DNA of 64,000 bases from Candidatus Woesearchaeota archaeon (GTDB lineage Archaea > Nanobdellota > Nanobdellia > Pacearchaeales > GW2011-AR1): positions 12,714-76,713 of the forward strand of contig CAYLOQ010000002.1 in assembly GCA_964385425.1 (NCBI GenBank), written 5' to 3'. A program made the position numbers and the translations under genes. How positions within the stretch are numbered: position 1 is the first letter of the stretch; every line of letters begins with the position of its first letter. Shown here piece by piece: positions 38,521-49,034 of this stretch. Under the pieces are notes generated by a model that saw nothing but the letters and a program-made list of their open reading frames with translations, did not search any database and was not told the DNA's origin.

Positions 38521-39444
38521 CTATTCATTTGCCATTTTAATCAACTCCAGCCATTTATTTTCAGAATGAATTTTCAATTCAGGAATGGCAAGTTCATAAG
38601 GACATCTTTTGATTGACTGATGTTTTCTTATGAAATTATAAAAGATTTCATAACCTTTCATTATTGCATTTGCACTTTCAACTGAACCATGAAAACCTCT
38701 GAAAGTTTTTGTTCTCTCACGAATTGAATTGTGCAATCTTTCAATCATAATGTTAAACCCTTCTCCTTTTGAAGCATTAACCTGATTATGAATAACATTT
38801 AGTTTGTGAGTTTTATTAGAAAATCCATAAACTTTCTTGATTGCGTTTGGATAAGCAAGAAGTCCGTCAGAAGTTACAATCTTAATCTGCTCTCCTGTCT
38901 TTTGTTTTGCTTTTGATAAAACAAACTTCAATTCTTTCTGTTCTCTTGCCATTACATATTCAGAGGAAATCATAAATCTTGTTTTGCTGTCAATACAATC
39001 AATAAACCAATTTTTATCAACACCTTTTTTATTGTAAAATTTTCTTCTGTGATATTCCATTTCATCAACTTGAATTTCTCTTCCAATTTTAAGATTAAGA
39101 TTGTCTGTAAATTTTGAAATCATTATTGAATATTTTCTGATCCATCTTAAAACAGAAGTATGGTCAGAGTTATGAGGATAAAATGCTTTGAAGTGTTCCT
39201 GAACTTTTCTTGTTGAAACTCCTCTGTAAAACAAATCCAAAGCACAAGTTATTTTCTTTGGATGATTTCTCATTCTGAAAAATCCGTAGTTAATTGTAAA
39301 AGTTTTATCACAATCATTGCATTTGTATCTTTGAATTATTCCTCTGTTTTGAGTTTTTCTTTTTGTCCATTTAATTATGTTTTTGTTTTTGCAATTAGGA
39401 CAGCAAATTTTATTAATACTCTTTTGTTCTCTTACTTGTTTCAT
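38521..39444 (-). mobile_element. IS6-family DDE transposase with N-terminal zinc finger
   Basis: CPNCKN...CNDCDK; IQVDEMEY...WFIDCID (D), IVTSDGLLAYPNAI (D), FNIMIERLHNSIRERTK (E); collinear with IS26-type Tnp. IS ends not identified. Confidence 0.7.
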
Positions 39445-39617
39445 TTTGTTTAGCGATAGGGTGAAACAGAGGGCTTTATGCCCTCTTTATCATTACTTAA
39501 GTAGGTATAACTTATTTAGGTAGGTAGACTATTTAAATATTTCGGTTATAAAGTTATTACTATAAAGGTAATACCTAAAAAAGTAAGATTTATATATGAT
39601 TAATTCTAATTTTAATT

Positions 39618-39758
39618 ATGGCAGAGATAACAATTAAAATCAAAGGTTTCAAATGTGAAAGATGCGGACATGAATGGGTACCAAGAAATAAAAAAGAAAA
39701 ACCAATAATTTGCCCTAAATGTAAAAGTCCATATTGGGATAAACCTAAGAAGAAATAA
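39618..39758 (+). CDS. small zinc-ribbon protein (46 aa)
   Basis: MAEITIKIKGFKCERCGHEWVPRNKKEKPIICPKCKSPYWDKPKKK. Not in ORF track. Confidence 0.4.
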   Translation: MAEITIKIKGFKCERCGHEWVPRNKKEKPIICPKCKSPYWDKPKKK

Positions 39759-39917
39759 CTTTTTAATAGTTGAACCTCTCTCAGAGAATTCTTTTGGCAT
39801 TAACAATCTTTTTAGCGGAGAAATCAAGCGAAGCAGATTTCGGAACCAGTTAAATTTCTTTGGACAATTTGTTGGCTACGCCGAAAGATTAATAATGTTT
39901 TTTCTCTAATTTTTTCT

Positions 39918-40967
39918 ATGGAAGAAAAAACCCAAATGAAGTTTATTGCTTTTACAACAAAAGGTTTAGAAAGAATTTCAGAACAGGAATTAAAAAAAGA
40001 ATTTCCTGAAATTTCTATAAAGGGAGTCCAAATTAAGAGAATAATTTTTTCTATTCCCAACCCCAACTTTAAGAAATTTCTAAAACTTAAAACAATAGAT
40101 GATATTCATATTTTTCTGGAAGAATTTAAACTCTTTTCTTTAGATGAGGAAAGTGTATTAAACCAAATTCCTCTTGAAGACATAAAATCTGCTTTCGGTT
40201 TAATTTCTAATTTTAGAAAGACAAATAACACTTTTTCTTTAACCTTATCCAAATATCAGAATAATTCTATAAACATTGATTTACTAAAATCAAAAATGGA
40301 GAATATCTTAAGCCAATCTCTTAAGATGGAATTCACTGAAAGAGAACATCTTAATTTTGATATTCGTGTTTATATTGAAAAATCCAATCTTGCTTTCTCG
40401 GTTAAAATTCCAAAAGAAAGTCTTTACAATCGCAAATATCGGATTTGCGAAAAGAAAGGAGCATTAAAACCCACTATTGCTTCTGCTCTTTGTTTTTTAG
40501 TTGCTCCTGAAAAAAACAAAAAAATTGTGGATAATTTTTGTGGTGTTGGAACTATTTTATGCGAGGCAAGATTACAAGGGTTAGAGATTTATGGGGGTGA
40601 TATTGATGAGGAAAGTGTTGATTGTGCCACCAACAATATAAAAAATATTTCTCCAGATTCAATCAGAAACATAAAACTCCTTGATGCAACAAAAACTAAA
40701 TGGCCTAACTCCTTTTTTGATTATGCAATTTCAAATCTGCCCTGGGGAAAACAGGTTGATTTGAAGGGGATAGTAAAACTCTATTCTACTTCAATTTCGG
40801 AATATGCTAGGATATTAAAGGATAATGGAAGTTTAGTTTTGTTGGGGATGAAGCCTGATTTAATAGTTAAACATCTAAAAAAGAATTTTCCCAATCATAA
40901 GATTGAAAAATTTAAAATTGGTTTTTTAGGTCAGAATCCTTGGGTTGTTTCTGCTTTACCTGATTAG
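39918..40967 (+). CDS. THUMP-domain tRNA (guanine-N2)-methyltransferase (Trm-G10/Trm11 family)
   Basis: THUMP-like N-terminal half, FCGVGTILCEA SAM motif I, NLPWG motif IV. Confidence 0.7.
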   Translation: MEEKTQMKFIAFTTKGLERISEQELKKEFPEISIKGVQIKRIIFSIPNPNFKKFLKLKTIDDIHIFLEEFKLFSLDEESVLNQIPLEDIKSAFGLISNFRKTNNTFSLTLSKYQNNSINIDLLKSKMENILSQSLKMEFTEREHLNFDIRVYIEKSNLAFSVKIPKESLYNRKYRICEKKGALKPTIASALCFLVAPEKNKKIVDNFCGVGTILCEARLQGLEIYGGDIDEESVDCATNNIKNISPDSIRNIKLLDATKTKWPNSFFDYAISNLPWGKQVDLKGIVKLYSTSISEYARILKDNGSLVLLGMKPDLIVKHLKKNFPNHKIEKFKIGFLGQNPWVVSALPD

Positions 40968-41692
40968 TATAAATCCCAATTCGTTATTTTTTCAGAAAAA
41001 CCTATTATTACTTCCATTTCTTTTGGGATATATTTTGGTGCAAGAAAATAGGCAGTTAATCTTGCATGGCCTTCTAAGACTACAATTCTGGATTTTTTAT
41101 TTTTTACAACAAAAATCATTTTAGGAAATTTTTTCTTTTGTTTTATCACTGATAAAATTTCAAAAAATCCATCATTACTTACATCATATACTTTTTCACC
41201 TTTGCTTATTTTCTTTACTGCTTCAATTGGAAGACGCGATTTATTTGAGATTTCATTCCAATAACTATAATTAATATATTTCACTTTTTCTAATTCTTTT
41301 TTATCAAAGATAGATTTTACCCAGATTATATCTTTTGGAAAATTTTCAAAAATTTCTTTATTCTTTCCAAAACCCCTAATTTTCCCTAAAAGTTTTTTTC
41401 TGTATAAGTTTTCATTTTTATTTTCTAGATTTGGATTTAATAGAATTCTTTTTGATTTTTTATCTCTCTTTAAATTATCAAGTATATTCTTTTCAAACCT
41501 ACTTGAATTTATTTCTCCTTTCAAAAATTCAGCTATTACTTCATCTTCAAATATTTGTTTTATTATTTTCATAATATAAAAAAGAATTTGATACTTATAA
41601 ATTTGCACTGTTTCTCTTTTTAGAAAAAGAAGCAAAAGAACGGAACCCCAAACTTCTCTCCATTTATAATTCCGCCCAATTGGTTTTATCAA
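40964..41692 (-). CDS. hypothetical protein; weak ParB/Srx-like motif; likely starts at internal Met (41572)
   Basis: VVLEGHARLTAYF resembles ParB-like GHHRL motif; the hydrophobic N-terminal 40 aa of the ORF-track translation are probably not translated. Confidence 0.4.
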   Translation of the reverse strand: MIKPIGRNYKWREVWGSVLLLLFLKRETVQIYKYQILFYIMKIIKQIFEDEVIAEFLKGEINSSRFEKNILDNLKRDKKSKRILLNPNLENKNENLYRKKLLGKIRGFGKNKEIFENFPKDIIWVKSIFDKKELEKVKYINYSYWNEISNKSRLPIEAVKKISKGEKVYDVSNDGFFEILSVIKQKKKFPKMIFVVKNKKSRIVVLEGHARLTAYFLAPKYIPKEMEVIIGFSEKITNWDLY

Positions 41693-41716
41693 CCTTTAAC
41701 GCACCAATGAATTATT

Positions 41717-42919
41717 CTATGGTTTGTTAAAACTATTGAGAAGTTTAAAATATTCTTCTTTATCGATAACCTTATCTGATTCAGAAAAACCAATCTGCTC
41801 TGCAAATTTCCAGAAAGCACGGGGTTTGTATCCTCTTTTTTTTAATGAAGCGATTGTCGGGAGCCGGGAATCCTGCCAACCAACATACTCCTTTTTTTCT
41901 ATAGCCTGTCTCATTTTTGTAGATGACAATTCCATATCTTTAAACTTGATTCTTCCCAAAAAAGCTGTCCATGGAAATTTCTTTCCAAGAACAGAAAAAA
42001 TCTTCTTCTGCCTCTCTGCATTATCTCTGTGGTCTTTTGCCCTTATGATGTGGGTCATTTTCAATTCAATGTCGTCAACTGCAACAGCAAAATTCATCAA
42101 AGGCCAAACACGATATTTGTTTCCTTGTCTTGGGTGTCTTGCAAGATTTATCCGTGCCAGTGGAAAATCCCTCATCGCAGGATTCTTATCTTTCATGTCA
42201 GACTTAAACCTTAAAACAGCTCCACCTTCTGAAAATCCTTTTTTATCCAACATTTTTCTCCATTTCTCAAGATTTTCCTTACTCCCCCTTCTTCTGCAGG
42301 GACAGTCTTTTTTTGCAGAAACAAATTCCTTAAATTTTTCCTGAGGACAGGTGCAGACATATACCGCATTTTTCTTTATTAGTTTCTCTGCGTATTTATA
42401 ATAAATTTTAATTCTGTCAGACTGGATTACTATTTTTGCTTTTTTGTCAAAAAGCCAGTCAGACTCTTTTTTTATCATCTCGTAGGCTTGTTTATAGATG
42501 TTCTCTGGATTAGTGTCTTCTATTCTTACATAGAATTTCCCGCCATATTTTTTCACAAACAAAAAAGAAAGGCTGGCTGTCAAGGCATGACCAACATGGA
42601 AGGGACCGGAGGCAGAAGGAGCAAACCTCATTACAACTTTTCCTTTTTTAGCACCAGGCAATTTTGGAAGTCCTTCCCTACCTTTTCTTTTATGCACCTC
42701 TTTTCTTAATTTTTTGAATTCTTTTCTCTGATCTTCAACAGAAAGGGAATTAATCTTAAAAATTATTTCAGAAATCTTTTTTCCGTATTTCTTGACCTCA
42801 CTTTTTTTCAGGCCTTCGTTGAATAGGGAAGAAATTACAGAACCCATTCTCGCAGTTCCGTCATAAGAAAGCGCATTTTTCAGAGCATAAGCCTTTGTCT
42901 TTTTTTCTAGGTTTTTCAT
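41717..42919 (-). CDS. gltX: class I glutamyl/glutaminyl-tRNA synthetase catalytic core (archaeal/eukaryotic type), short form without canonical C-terminal anticodon-binding domain
   Basis: RFAPSASGPFHVGHA (HIGH), RIEDTNPE, zinc-like CTCP...CPC, LSSTKM (KMSKS-like) near C-terminus; only 400 aa, with an extra about 90-aa N-terminal domain. Confidence 0.65.
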   Translation of the reverse strand: MKNLEKKTKAYALKNALSYDGTARMGSVISSLFNEGLKKSEVKKYGKKISEIIFKINSLSVEDQRKEFKKLRKEVHKRKGREGLPKLPGAKKGKVVMRFAPSASGPFHVGHALTASLSFLFVKKYGGKFYVRIEDTNPENIYKQAYEMIKKESDWLFDKKAKIVIQSDRIKIYYKYAEKLIKKNAVYVCTCPQEKFKEFVSAKKDCPCRRRGSKENLEKWRKMLDKKGFSEGGAVLRFKSDMKDKNPAMRDFPLARINLARHPRQGNKYRVWPLMNFAVAVDDIELKMTHIIRAKDHRDNAERQKKIFSVLGKKFPWTAFLGRIKFKDMELSSTKMRQAIEKKEYVGWQDSRLPTIASLKKRGYKPRAFWKFAEQIGFSESDKVIDKEEYFKLLNSFNKP

Positions 42920-43449
42920 TTTAATTCTCTAAGTGCCTCATTTACTATTTTCTTTGTAGATTTTCCATCAACTAAAATAACCTTTTCATTATTTAATTCT
43001 TTGTCATAAATTCTTTTATAGAGCTCTTTTAGATCTTTTATTGGGACAACACGGCGTCTAATTGAATTACGGGCTTTTATTGTTCCCCATTTTGCCTTTA
43101 GGAGAACTAAATCTATTCTTGCTCCGTATTTTTTACCGAGGGAAATAGCTTTTTCAATATCTATTGATTTATCTTCGGAATACTCGACCCAAATATCCTC
43201 TGTTATAACAGTATAACCAGCTCTCAAATAATTTTCAAGTGCAAACATGTAATTCTTGAAAGAGATTTCAAAATCTTTTTTGTCTCTCTCATCATGCGCC
43301 GTCATTATCCATTTAAATTCGTCCACTATTAATAGGGCTATTTTACCCTTTAGGTTCTTTACCAACTCCCTTGCCAGTGTGCTTTTCCCTACTGCAGGAC
43401 ATCCCCTAATTATTATAAGTCTTTTTGTTTCTAATTTCATTTTCTTCAT
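42916..43449 (-). CDS. P-loop kinase (AAA_33-like; PSTK/Pnk-like)
   Basis: IIIRGCPAVGKST Walker A, LLIVDE Walker B. Confidence 0.55.
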   Translation of the reverse strand: MKKMKLETKRLIIIRGCPAVGKSTLARELVKNLKGKIALLIVDEFKWIMTAHDERDKKDFEISFKNYMFALENYLRAGYTVITEDIWVEYSEDKSIDIEKAISLGKKYGARIDLVLLKAKWGTIKARNSIRRRVVPIKDLKELYKRIYDKELNNEKVILVDGKSTKKIVNEALRELK

Positions 43450-43838
43450 AAAGGCAAATAAGGTTTAATTGCTTTTCTTAGTTGTGGCCTTGTCCACTTT
43501 TTTTGAAACGTATCAAAATCTAGATTATTTAATTTGGGATACTTTTCCCCAATTATTCTCCTAGAATCAGTAACATCCAAAACAATTATTTTTTTACCTT
43601 TTATTTTATAATGTTTTCTTAAAAGGGGTTTATGTTTTTTTCTTACAACTATTATTATATCTGCCCAATCAACATCTTTTTGATTAAACGGATTGTGCGC
43701 TTTCTTATTAATTATTCCAAAACCAATTCCCCCAAACCTTGTATTGTAGCCCTTGTTTTTTAGATATGAAGCCAAATATCTGCTTCTATTCAAACCCATT
43801 GAGCAAACAACAAGAACCCTTTTCTTTCTTGCCCCCAT
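43446..43838 (-). CDS. LMW phosphatase-like protein (CX5R)
   Basis: VLVVCSMGLNRSRYLA. Confidence 0.45.
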   Translation of the reverse strand: MGARKKRVLVVCSMGLNRSRYLASYLKNKGYNTRFGGIGFGIINKKAHNPFNQKDVDWADIIIVVRKKHKPLLRKHYKIKGKKIIVLDVTDSRRIIGEKYPKLNNLDFDTFQKKWTRPQLRKAIKPYLPL

Positions 43839-43869
43839 AACACCAAAAAAGAAAGAACTGTTAATAAAT

Positions 43870-45648
43870 TTATTTAATATATCCTCCTTTTTGAAGATTC
43901 CAGAGTCTTTTATATTCTCCTTCTTGCTTAATCAAATCTTCATGTTTCCCTTCCTGGACAATCTCTCCTTTCTTCATGACAACTATTCTATCAGCACCCA
44001 TTATTGTTGATAGCCTGTGTGCTATCATTATAGCGGTCCTTCCTTTTAATAGCTTTGTTAAACTTTTTTGAATTTCATGTTCTGTTTCAGAATCCAGAGA
44101 AGAAGTTGCTTCATCTAGAACAAGGATCTTCTTATTTGCTAGAATTGCTCTTGCGATTGAAACCCTCTGCCTCTCACCACCAGAGAGCTTTACACCTCTT
44201 TCGCCAACAAGGGTATTTTCTCTTTTTGGAAATTCCTTAATTATCTTATCCAGCTGTGCAAATTTTATGGCTTTCATGACTTCTCCTTTTGTTGCCCTTG
44301 GATTTGAAAAGCGTATATTATTGTATAATGTATCATCGAATAAAATCCCTTCTTGTGGAACAACACTGAATTCGCTCCTTAGTGATTCTTGTTTAAATTC
44401 CTCTATGTCCTGACCATCTATCAAGATAGCGCCTGCCTTAACATCGTAAAACCTGTATAGCAGTTTGATTAGGGTGGTCTTACCAGAACCAGAGTGTCCA
44501 ACAAGGGCAACTTTTTCATTTGGTTTTATCCTAAGGTCAAAATTTCTGAATATCTTTCTCTTTCCATAGTCGAAATCAATATTAACAAACTCAATTTCCC
44601 CTCCCCCAACTTTTAATTCTCTTGCACCAGAACGATCCGTAATATCGTTTTTTATTTTACCATACTCGAATAAGTCCTGGAAATCAGCCATGGCTCTATA
44701 AAACCCCCTCATGCCCCAGACAAATCCAAACATAGGGCCAACAACATTACCATAGACAGTGTAAATAAAGACGAGAGTTCCTATTGTTATTTCTTTGTTT
44801 AGGAAATCTACCAAAGGGAAATAAACTAAGAGGATGAGTCCCAAAGCCAAAATAAAAATCTGACCAGCATCAAACCACCTGAAATATCCCCAGTACTTGA
44901 GTGAAAATCTTTTGGTCTTCCTTGTAAGCTCTTCAAATTTTCTCTCAATAATATTTTCTTTTCCAAAATACTTTATCGAATCTATATTGGTGAAAATATC
45001 ACTGACAAACCCTTTTTCCCTGTCTTCATACGCATTCATCTTTAACCTATGTTTTTGCTGAATTCGTTGTATCATATAACTATAAGAGATGAATAAGATA
45101 GATACCCCTACTACCACTAAAGCAGAGGTAATGCTGAAATAAGCCAAAGCAATCCCAACAATAACTAACTGGAAAATTAAGGGAGCAAAGTTAAAGGCAG
45201 CAATATCTGTCATGGTCTCTATTGCTCCAGCGCCCCTTATTATTCTAGAGATTAATGAACCTGTCTTGTGTGTGCCATGGAAATCGTGAGATAACCCTAA
45301 AATATGATTAAAGTATTTTCTTTTTAATTCAAGGATTAAATTAGAGTCTAAGATGGTTAATAGATGCACACTGATCCATTTCCCAACAGCTCTTATTATT
45401 GATACCCCTATAAAAACACCTGCTATAATAATCAGTGTTTGAACAAATACTGTTTTTTCTAAATTCCCCATAATAAATTCTGCTCCGTCATCAACAATTA
45501 TCTTAAATAAGAATTTATCCACTAAGAAAAGAGTTTCTACTACGAGGGTAATTAATAGAAGACTGAAAAATCCCCTTTTATACTTCCTTAAAATATTCCA
45601 ATATTCTCTCAGGTTATATTTGAAGTTTATCTTATTTCTTTTAGCCAT
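43870..45648 (-). CDS. ABC transporter, fused permease/ATP-binding exporter (MsbA-like)
   Basis: Six TM region, GHSGSGKTT Walker A, LSGGERQR signature, ILVLDEATS Walker B. Confidence 0.85.
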   Translation of the reverse strand: MAKRNKINFKYNLREYWNILRKYKRGFFSLLLITLVVETLFLVDKFLFKIIVDDGAEFIMGNLEKTVFVQTLIIIAGVFIGVSIIRAVGKWISVHLLTILDSNLILELKRKYFNHILGLSHDFHGTHKTGSLISRIIRGAGAIETMTDIAAFNFAPLIFQLVIVGIALAYFSITSALVVVGVSILFISYSYMIQRIQQKHRLKMNAYEDREKGFVSDIFTNIDSIKYFGKENIIERKFEELTRKTKRFSLKYWGYFRWFDAGQIFILALGLILLVYFPLVDFLNKEITIGTLVFIYTVYGNVVGPMFGFVWGMRGFYRAMADFQDLFEYGKIKNDITDRSGARELKVGGGEIEFVNIDFDYGKRKIFRNFDLRIKPNEKVALVGHSGSGKTTLIKLLYRFYDVKAGAILIDGQDIEEFKQESLRSEFSVVPQEGILFDDTLYNNIRFSNPRATKGEVMKAIKFAQLDKIIKEFPKRENTLVGERGVKLSGGERQRVSIARAILANKKILVLDEATSSLDSETEHEIQKSLTKLLKGRTAIMIAHRLSTIMGADRIVVMKKGEIVQEGKHEDLIKQEGEYKRLWNLQKGGYIK

Positions 45649-45866
45649 TTTAAGCGAATAGTTTAAATATTAGTGACTCTTCTAATTTGTATGGGAAAAG
45701 GACAAATCCCGATTGGCAATCCCCTAAAAACAGATATTGATAATCCTGATTTAGAGGAAAATGATTCTGATGAATTTGATTCTTTTGATGATGAATATGA
45801 ATGAATTATTTCTCTTTTCATAAACGCAAAAATACAAAAGAACTTATAAATTTATTTAAACTTTAT

Positions 45867-46214
45867 TTAACTTGCTTTTCTCTCTAACACCTCTATCCTC
45901 TGCTGTAAATGATAAATCTGATTCGATAAATCCTCAAGCCTATTCGTCATCTCTACCAGTCTTTTTGCAAGTCTTTTTTTTCTGTCTTCTCCTGAAGAAA
46001 CATCCATGACTTCTGATTGGCTGCTTTCTTGCTTTGAACCAGAAGCCAGACCTCCGAGAAAATCGAAAGCACTCCCTGAAGATCCTTGTACATTTTCAGA
46101 AGATTCAGCAGCTATTTCTTCCTTTTCTTTCTGTCTCCTATACCTTTCCCCTAGATCAATAATTCCTCTCTTCCTGCCTAATCCAAACAAGCCCATATAT
46201 AATAAAAGAAGCAA
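45867..46214 (-). CDS. hypothetical coiled-coil protein
   Basis: 115 aa, Ser-rich middle, heptad C-terminus. Confidence 0.35.
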   Translation of the reverse strand: MLLLLYMGLFGLGRKRGIIDLGERYRRQKEKEEIAAESSENVQGSSGSAFDFLGGLASGSKQESSQSEVMDVSSGEDRKKRLAKRLVEMTNRLEDLSNQIYHLQQRIEVLERKAS

Positions 46215-46279
46215 TGATTTTTAAATTTACTTGTGGTAATTAGAAACATTTTTTAAATACTCAAACCATCTATTAAGAC

Positions 46280-47716
46280 ATGGTCGCAACAATCGCACAG
46301 ATTATCGGAAAGATAAACCCAAAACTCTATGCGAGCAACGGAAAAGCTTTGCTGAAAAAATATAGATTTGCCGAAAATATTCCTGCAGACGAAGTTAAAG
46401 AAAAACCAATGGAAGAACATATTCTATTTTATGATTCCAGTTCAGAAACTCTCGAGCCAGTTTACTTTTTTGTTCTTGACTTAATGAATGATTTTGATCT
46501 TGAAACAGAGAAACTAATGGACAATTTCACATCTTCTCCCGGTTCAGGACACTTCGCTGAGTTAGGACAGAGGGCAACAATCATGCAACAACAAGGGACC
46601 AAGATTCTGGCAGATATCAACACGGTTTTAAGAAGTGTCTTAAATATCATCTATGATCTGAAAGAATTTAGGATAAGGTTGGATAATTATAACGACTTAA
46701 ATACAAATAAAAAAGAAGGGGCCATCTTAGCACTGAAACAAATATGGCTGGACAAGGTAGATATTACTAAGGGGAATTCAAGTATAAAGGCCATGGCTCT
46801 AGGACAAGCAGGATTTCAAACCTTGTTAGACGCTTTTTTATCTGTTAAGGATTTAAGGGACGTAGATAAAATAGACTTGAATGATAGGATAAAGAGAATC
46901 CTAAGACCGAGAATTTTGGAGTTTAATAGTTGGCTGGAACAATCTGAAAAAGAATTACGGAAGAGGTATGAAATTGAGAGGACATATTTGGGTAGTCAGG
47001 TTAACAGTCTAAAGCTTTATTCGAGATGGGCAAGGCCTTATTTGAGGATGGCCCAGCAACTAGAGATGAAAGAGCAAGGGAGAGAGCCTGCCTTAGTGAA
47101 AGTTTTCAATACCATTCTTCTTGAATTGACCCTCCTCGGAAAATTGAAATTAGACATTAAAGAGAAGGTTATTGCAAAAGATCTCCCAAAACATTTGGAA
47201 AATTATAAACCTGGAAGGAATTGTTACAGTTGTGTTTTAGTTGATTTTAAGTTTAGGGGAATTCCACAAAAAGTAAGTGGTGCACAACCACACTACGTCT
47301 TTGGGGGGAGGGCGGAAATAAGCTTCAGGTCTTACGTACTTAATGAAGACGAAATAAAAAAATTGGACGAAGAGCTCGAACAATCAGATGTTGCCGACGT
47401 TTTAGAGTTAATAGAAGGAGCAACAACAAAGAGCCTGAGTGAACTACAGGAGGAAATTAATTTTTTCCTGGAAGAAGATATAGAAGGATCAGGAACTAAA
47501 GAGAGTTCAAATCCATTTGTTGCATTAATCGGGGGTTATGAAAAAAAAGAAAAAACAAAGAAAAAAGAAAAAACAAAGAAAGTTGGAAGAATAAAACCAG
47601 ATAGTTTTTTTGAGAAAGAGCTTTTGAGACCTATTTCAGAAGAGATTGCAACAGATTTAGCCTTTAAACTATTCGATGTCTATAAAAAATCCCACGGCAT
47701 GCCGAGTTATGTTTAA
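46280..47716 (+). CDS. hypothetical protein (478 aa), first gene of the higher-GC block
   Basis: No motif recognised; R/Q/L-rich composition unlike surrounding genome. Confidence 0.55.
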   Translation: MVATIAQIIGKINPKLYASNGKALLKKYRFAENIPADEVKEKPMEEHILFYDSSSETLEPVYFFVLDLMNDFDLETEKLMDNFTSSPGSGHFAELGQRATIMQQQGTKILADINTVLRSVLNIIYDLKEFRIRLDNYNDLNTNKKEGAILALKQIWLDKVDITKGNSSIKAMALGQAGFQTLLDAFLSVKDLRDVDKIDLNDRIKRILRPRILEFNSWLEQSEKELRKRYEIERTYLGSQVNSLKLYSRWARPYLRMAQQLEMKEQGREPALVKVFNTILLELTLLGKLKLDIKEKVIAKDLPKHLENYKPGRNCYSCVLVDFKFRGIPQKVSGAQPHYVFGGRAEISFRSYVLNEDEIKKLDEELEQSDVADVLELIEGATTKSLSELQEEINFFLEEDIEGSGTKESSNPFVALIGGYEKKEKTKKKEKTKKVGRIKPDSFFEKELLRPISEEIATDLAFKLFDVYKKSHGMPSYV

Positions 47717-47768
47717 ATCAGATTTATAATTCTTGTGAAGTAGTGGGGGAAATGAATTAGGTATGATA

Positions 47769-48092
47769 TTATCTTATCCTATAAATGTCAGAACTCTCCA
47801 AAGGTCTGTAAACAATCCCTTTATCTGTTTGATCTGCAAGTAAGATACGACCACCAGGCATCACGAGATCTGCAAACAAATCTCTATCCACCATCTCTGT
47901 TCTTACAACACTATCTTTGGGGACGAATTCATATTTACTTATATAATTAAGTCCTAAGGTTGTAACCAGAAAAGTTATTCCACATAAAATACCTGTAATC
48001 AGCGAAGTTTTTATAGATCTCTTTTTAAATTCAGGATTATTCAAGTCTTGGATAAATCCTTCAATACCTTCCAAGGGAGTATATCTTCCCAT
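47769..48092 (-). CDS. small membrane protein
   Basis: One TM helix. Confidence 0.35.
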   Translation of the reverse strand: MGRYTPLEGIEGFIQDLNNPEFKKRSIKTSLITGILCGITFLVTTLGLNYISKYEFVPKDSVVRTEMVDRDLFADLVMPGGRILLADQTDKGIVYRPLESSDIYRIR

Positions 48093-48143
48093 AACTTTCC
48101 CTTAACCCCCCCCCTATTTAAATCTTGTGAAATGGAGCAAGAA

Positions 48144-48920
48144 TTAACAGGTTGTAACGACATCACTTAGAAATTGTCCTTGTTGTAATCGAACTGGTGT
48201 GCAACCTTCTTGACTTTCCAATTCAGAAATCCATTTGTCCCAATTTGTATCTAGCAAATCGATAAATCCTTGTGGGCTTCCACGTTCTTTAAATCTTTCA
48301 ATATATTCATCTTTTAATGATCTATCGGGAAAAACAAGTGTATAATCTATCCCCCTAGTTACCAATGCTTTTCTTACAAGGTCATGGCTAGAGACAAGAA
48401 CAATATCAGCAAAACCTACGCCTCTCCGGATGGGCACAATTTCGGTAGAATCTAAATTTCTCTGAATATATTCGACCTCAGTAATACCCATGGCCGTCTG
48501 GGCATGTCTCATGTAATTATCAGGGAAACAAATATCTCTTCCATGTTGTTCAACCCATGAAAATCTACTGGAATCTGAATCAAGAACAAATAAATCTGTA
48601 TCTTGATGTAGGCGTGTTTTCCCAGTTCCTGGAAATGCGGAAATTACTTTGGTATTGATACCCGGGTTTCCAGGGGGTACCACAGTAACGTCCCCGGTAG
48701 GAATGTGATAAATTTGAGCATCGCCGCCGATAGTATCAGCGGTAAAGATCCAATCGATTCCGCGGAACCAAGCTTCTCTATATGAAACAGGAGGTGTTGG
48801 CGTGTTTCTATCTTCTCCAAGAAATTCGTATGCTGAACCATGTCCTGAAAACATTGGAGCAAATTTTACAGCGTCTCTTTCAATGTCCCTTGATGTAGTA
48901 CTGGTTTCTGTTTGACCCAT
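48144..48920 (-). CDS. P-loop NTPase (kinase-like) with about 90-aa N-terminal extension
   Basis: ISAFPGTGKTR Walker A, DLFVLDSD Walker B. Confidence 0.5.
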   Translation of the reverse strand: MGQTETSTTSRDIERDAVKFAPMFSGHGSAYEFLGEDRNTPTPPVSYREAWFRGIDWIFTADTIGGDAQIYHIPTGDVTVVPPGNPGINTKVISAFPGTGKTRLHQDTDLFVLDSDSSRFSWVEQHGRDICFPDNYMRHAQTAMGITEVEYIQRNLDSTEIVPIRRGVGFADIVLVSSHDLVRKALVTRGIDYTLVFPDRSLKDEYIERFKERGSPQGFIDLLDTNWDKWISELESQEGCTPVRLQQGQFLSDVVTTC

Positions 48921-49034
48921 TGTAAAGAACCAAGAAATCTTCTGTTTTTAAGTCTTCCTAACATAATCAGGGTTATCAATTAAGAACAACAGGAATTTCA
49001 ATAATTTTATATATCTGTTCTTCTTTAATAATTT

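Noticed and set aside
38417-39617. Terminal inverted repeats of the IS6 element
   Set aside because: Left (38432-38451) and right (39600-39617) AT-rich segments show only vague similarity; not convincing enough to call IS boundaries.
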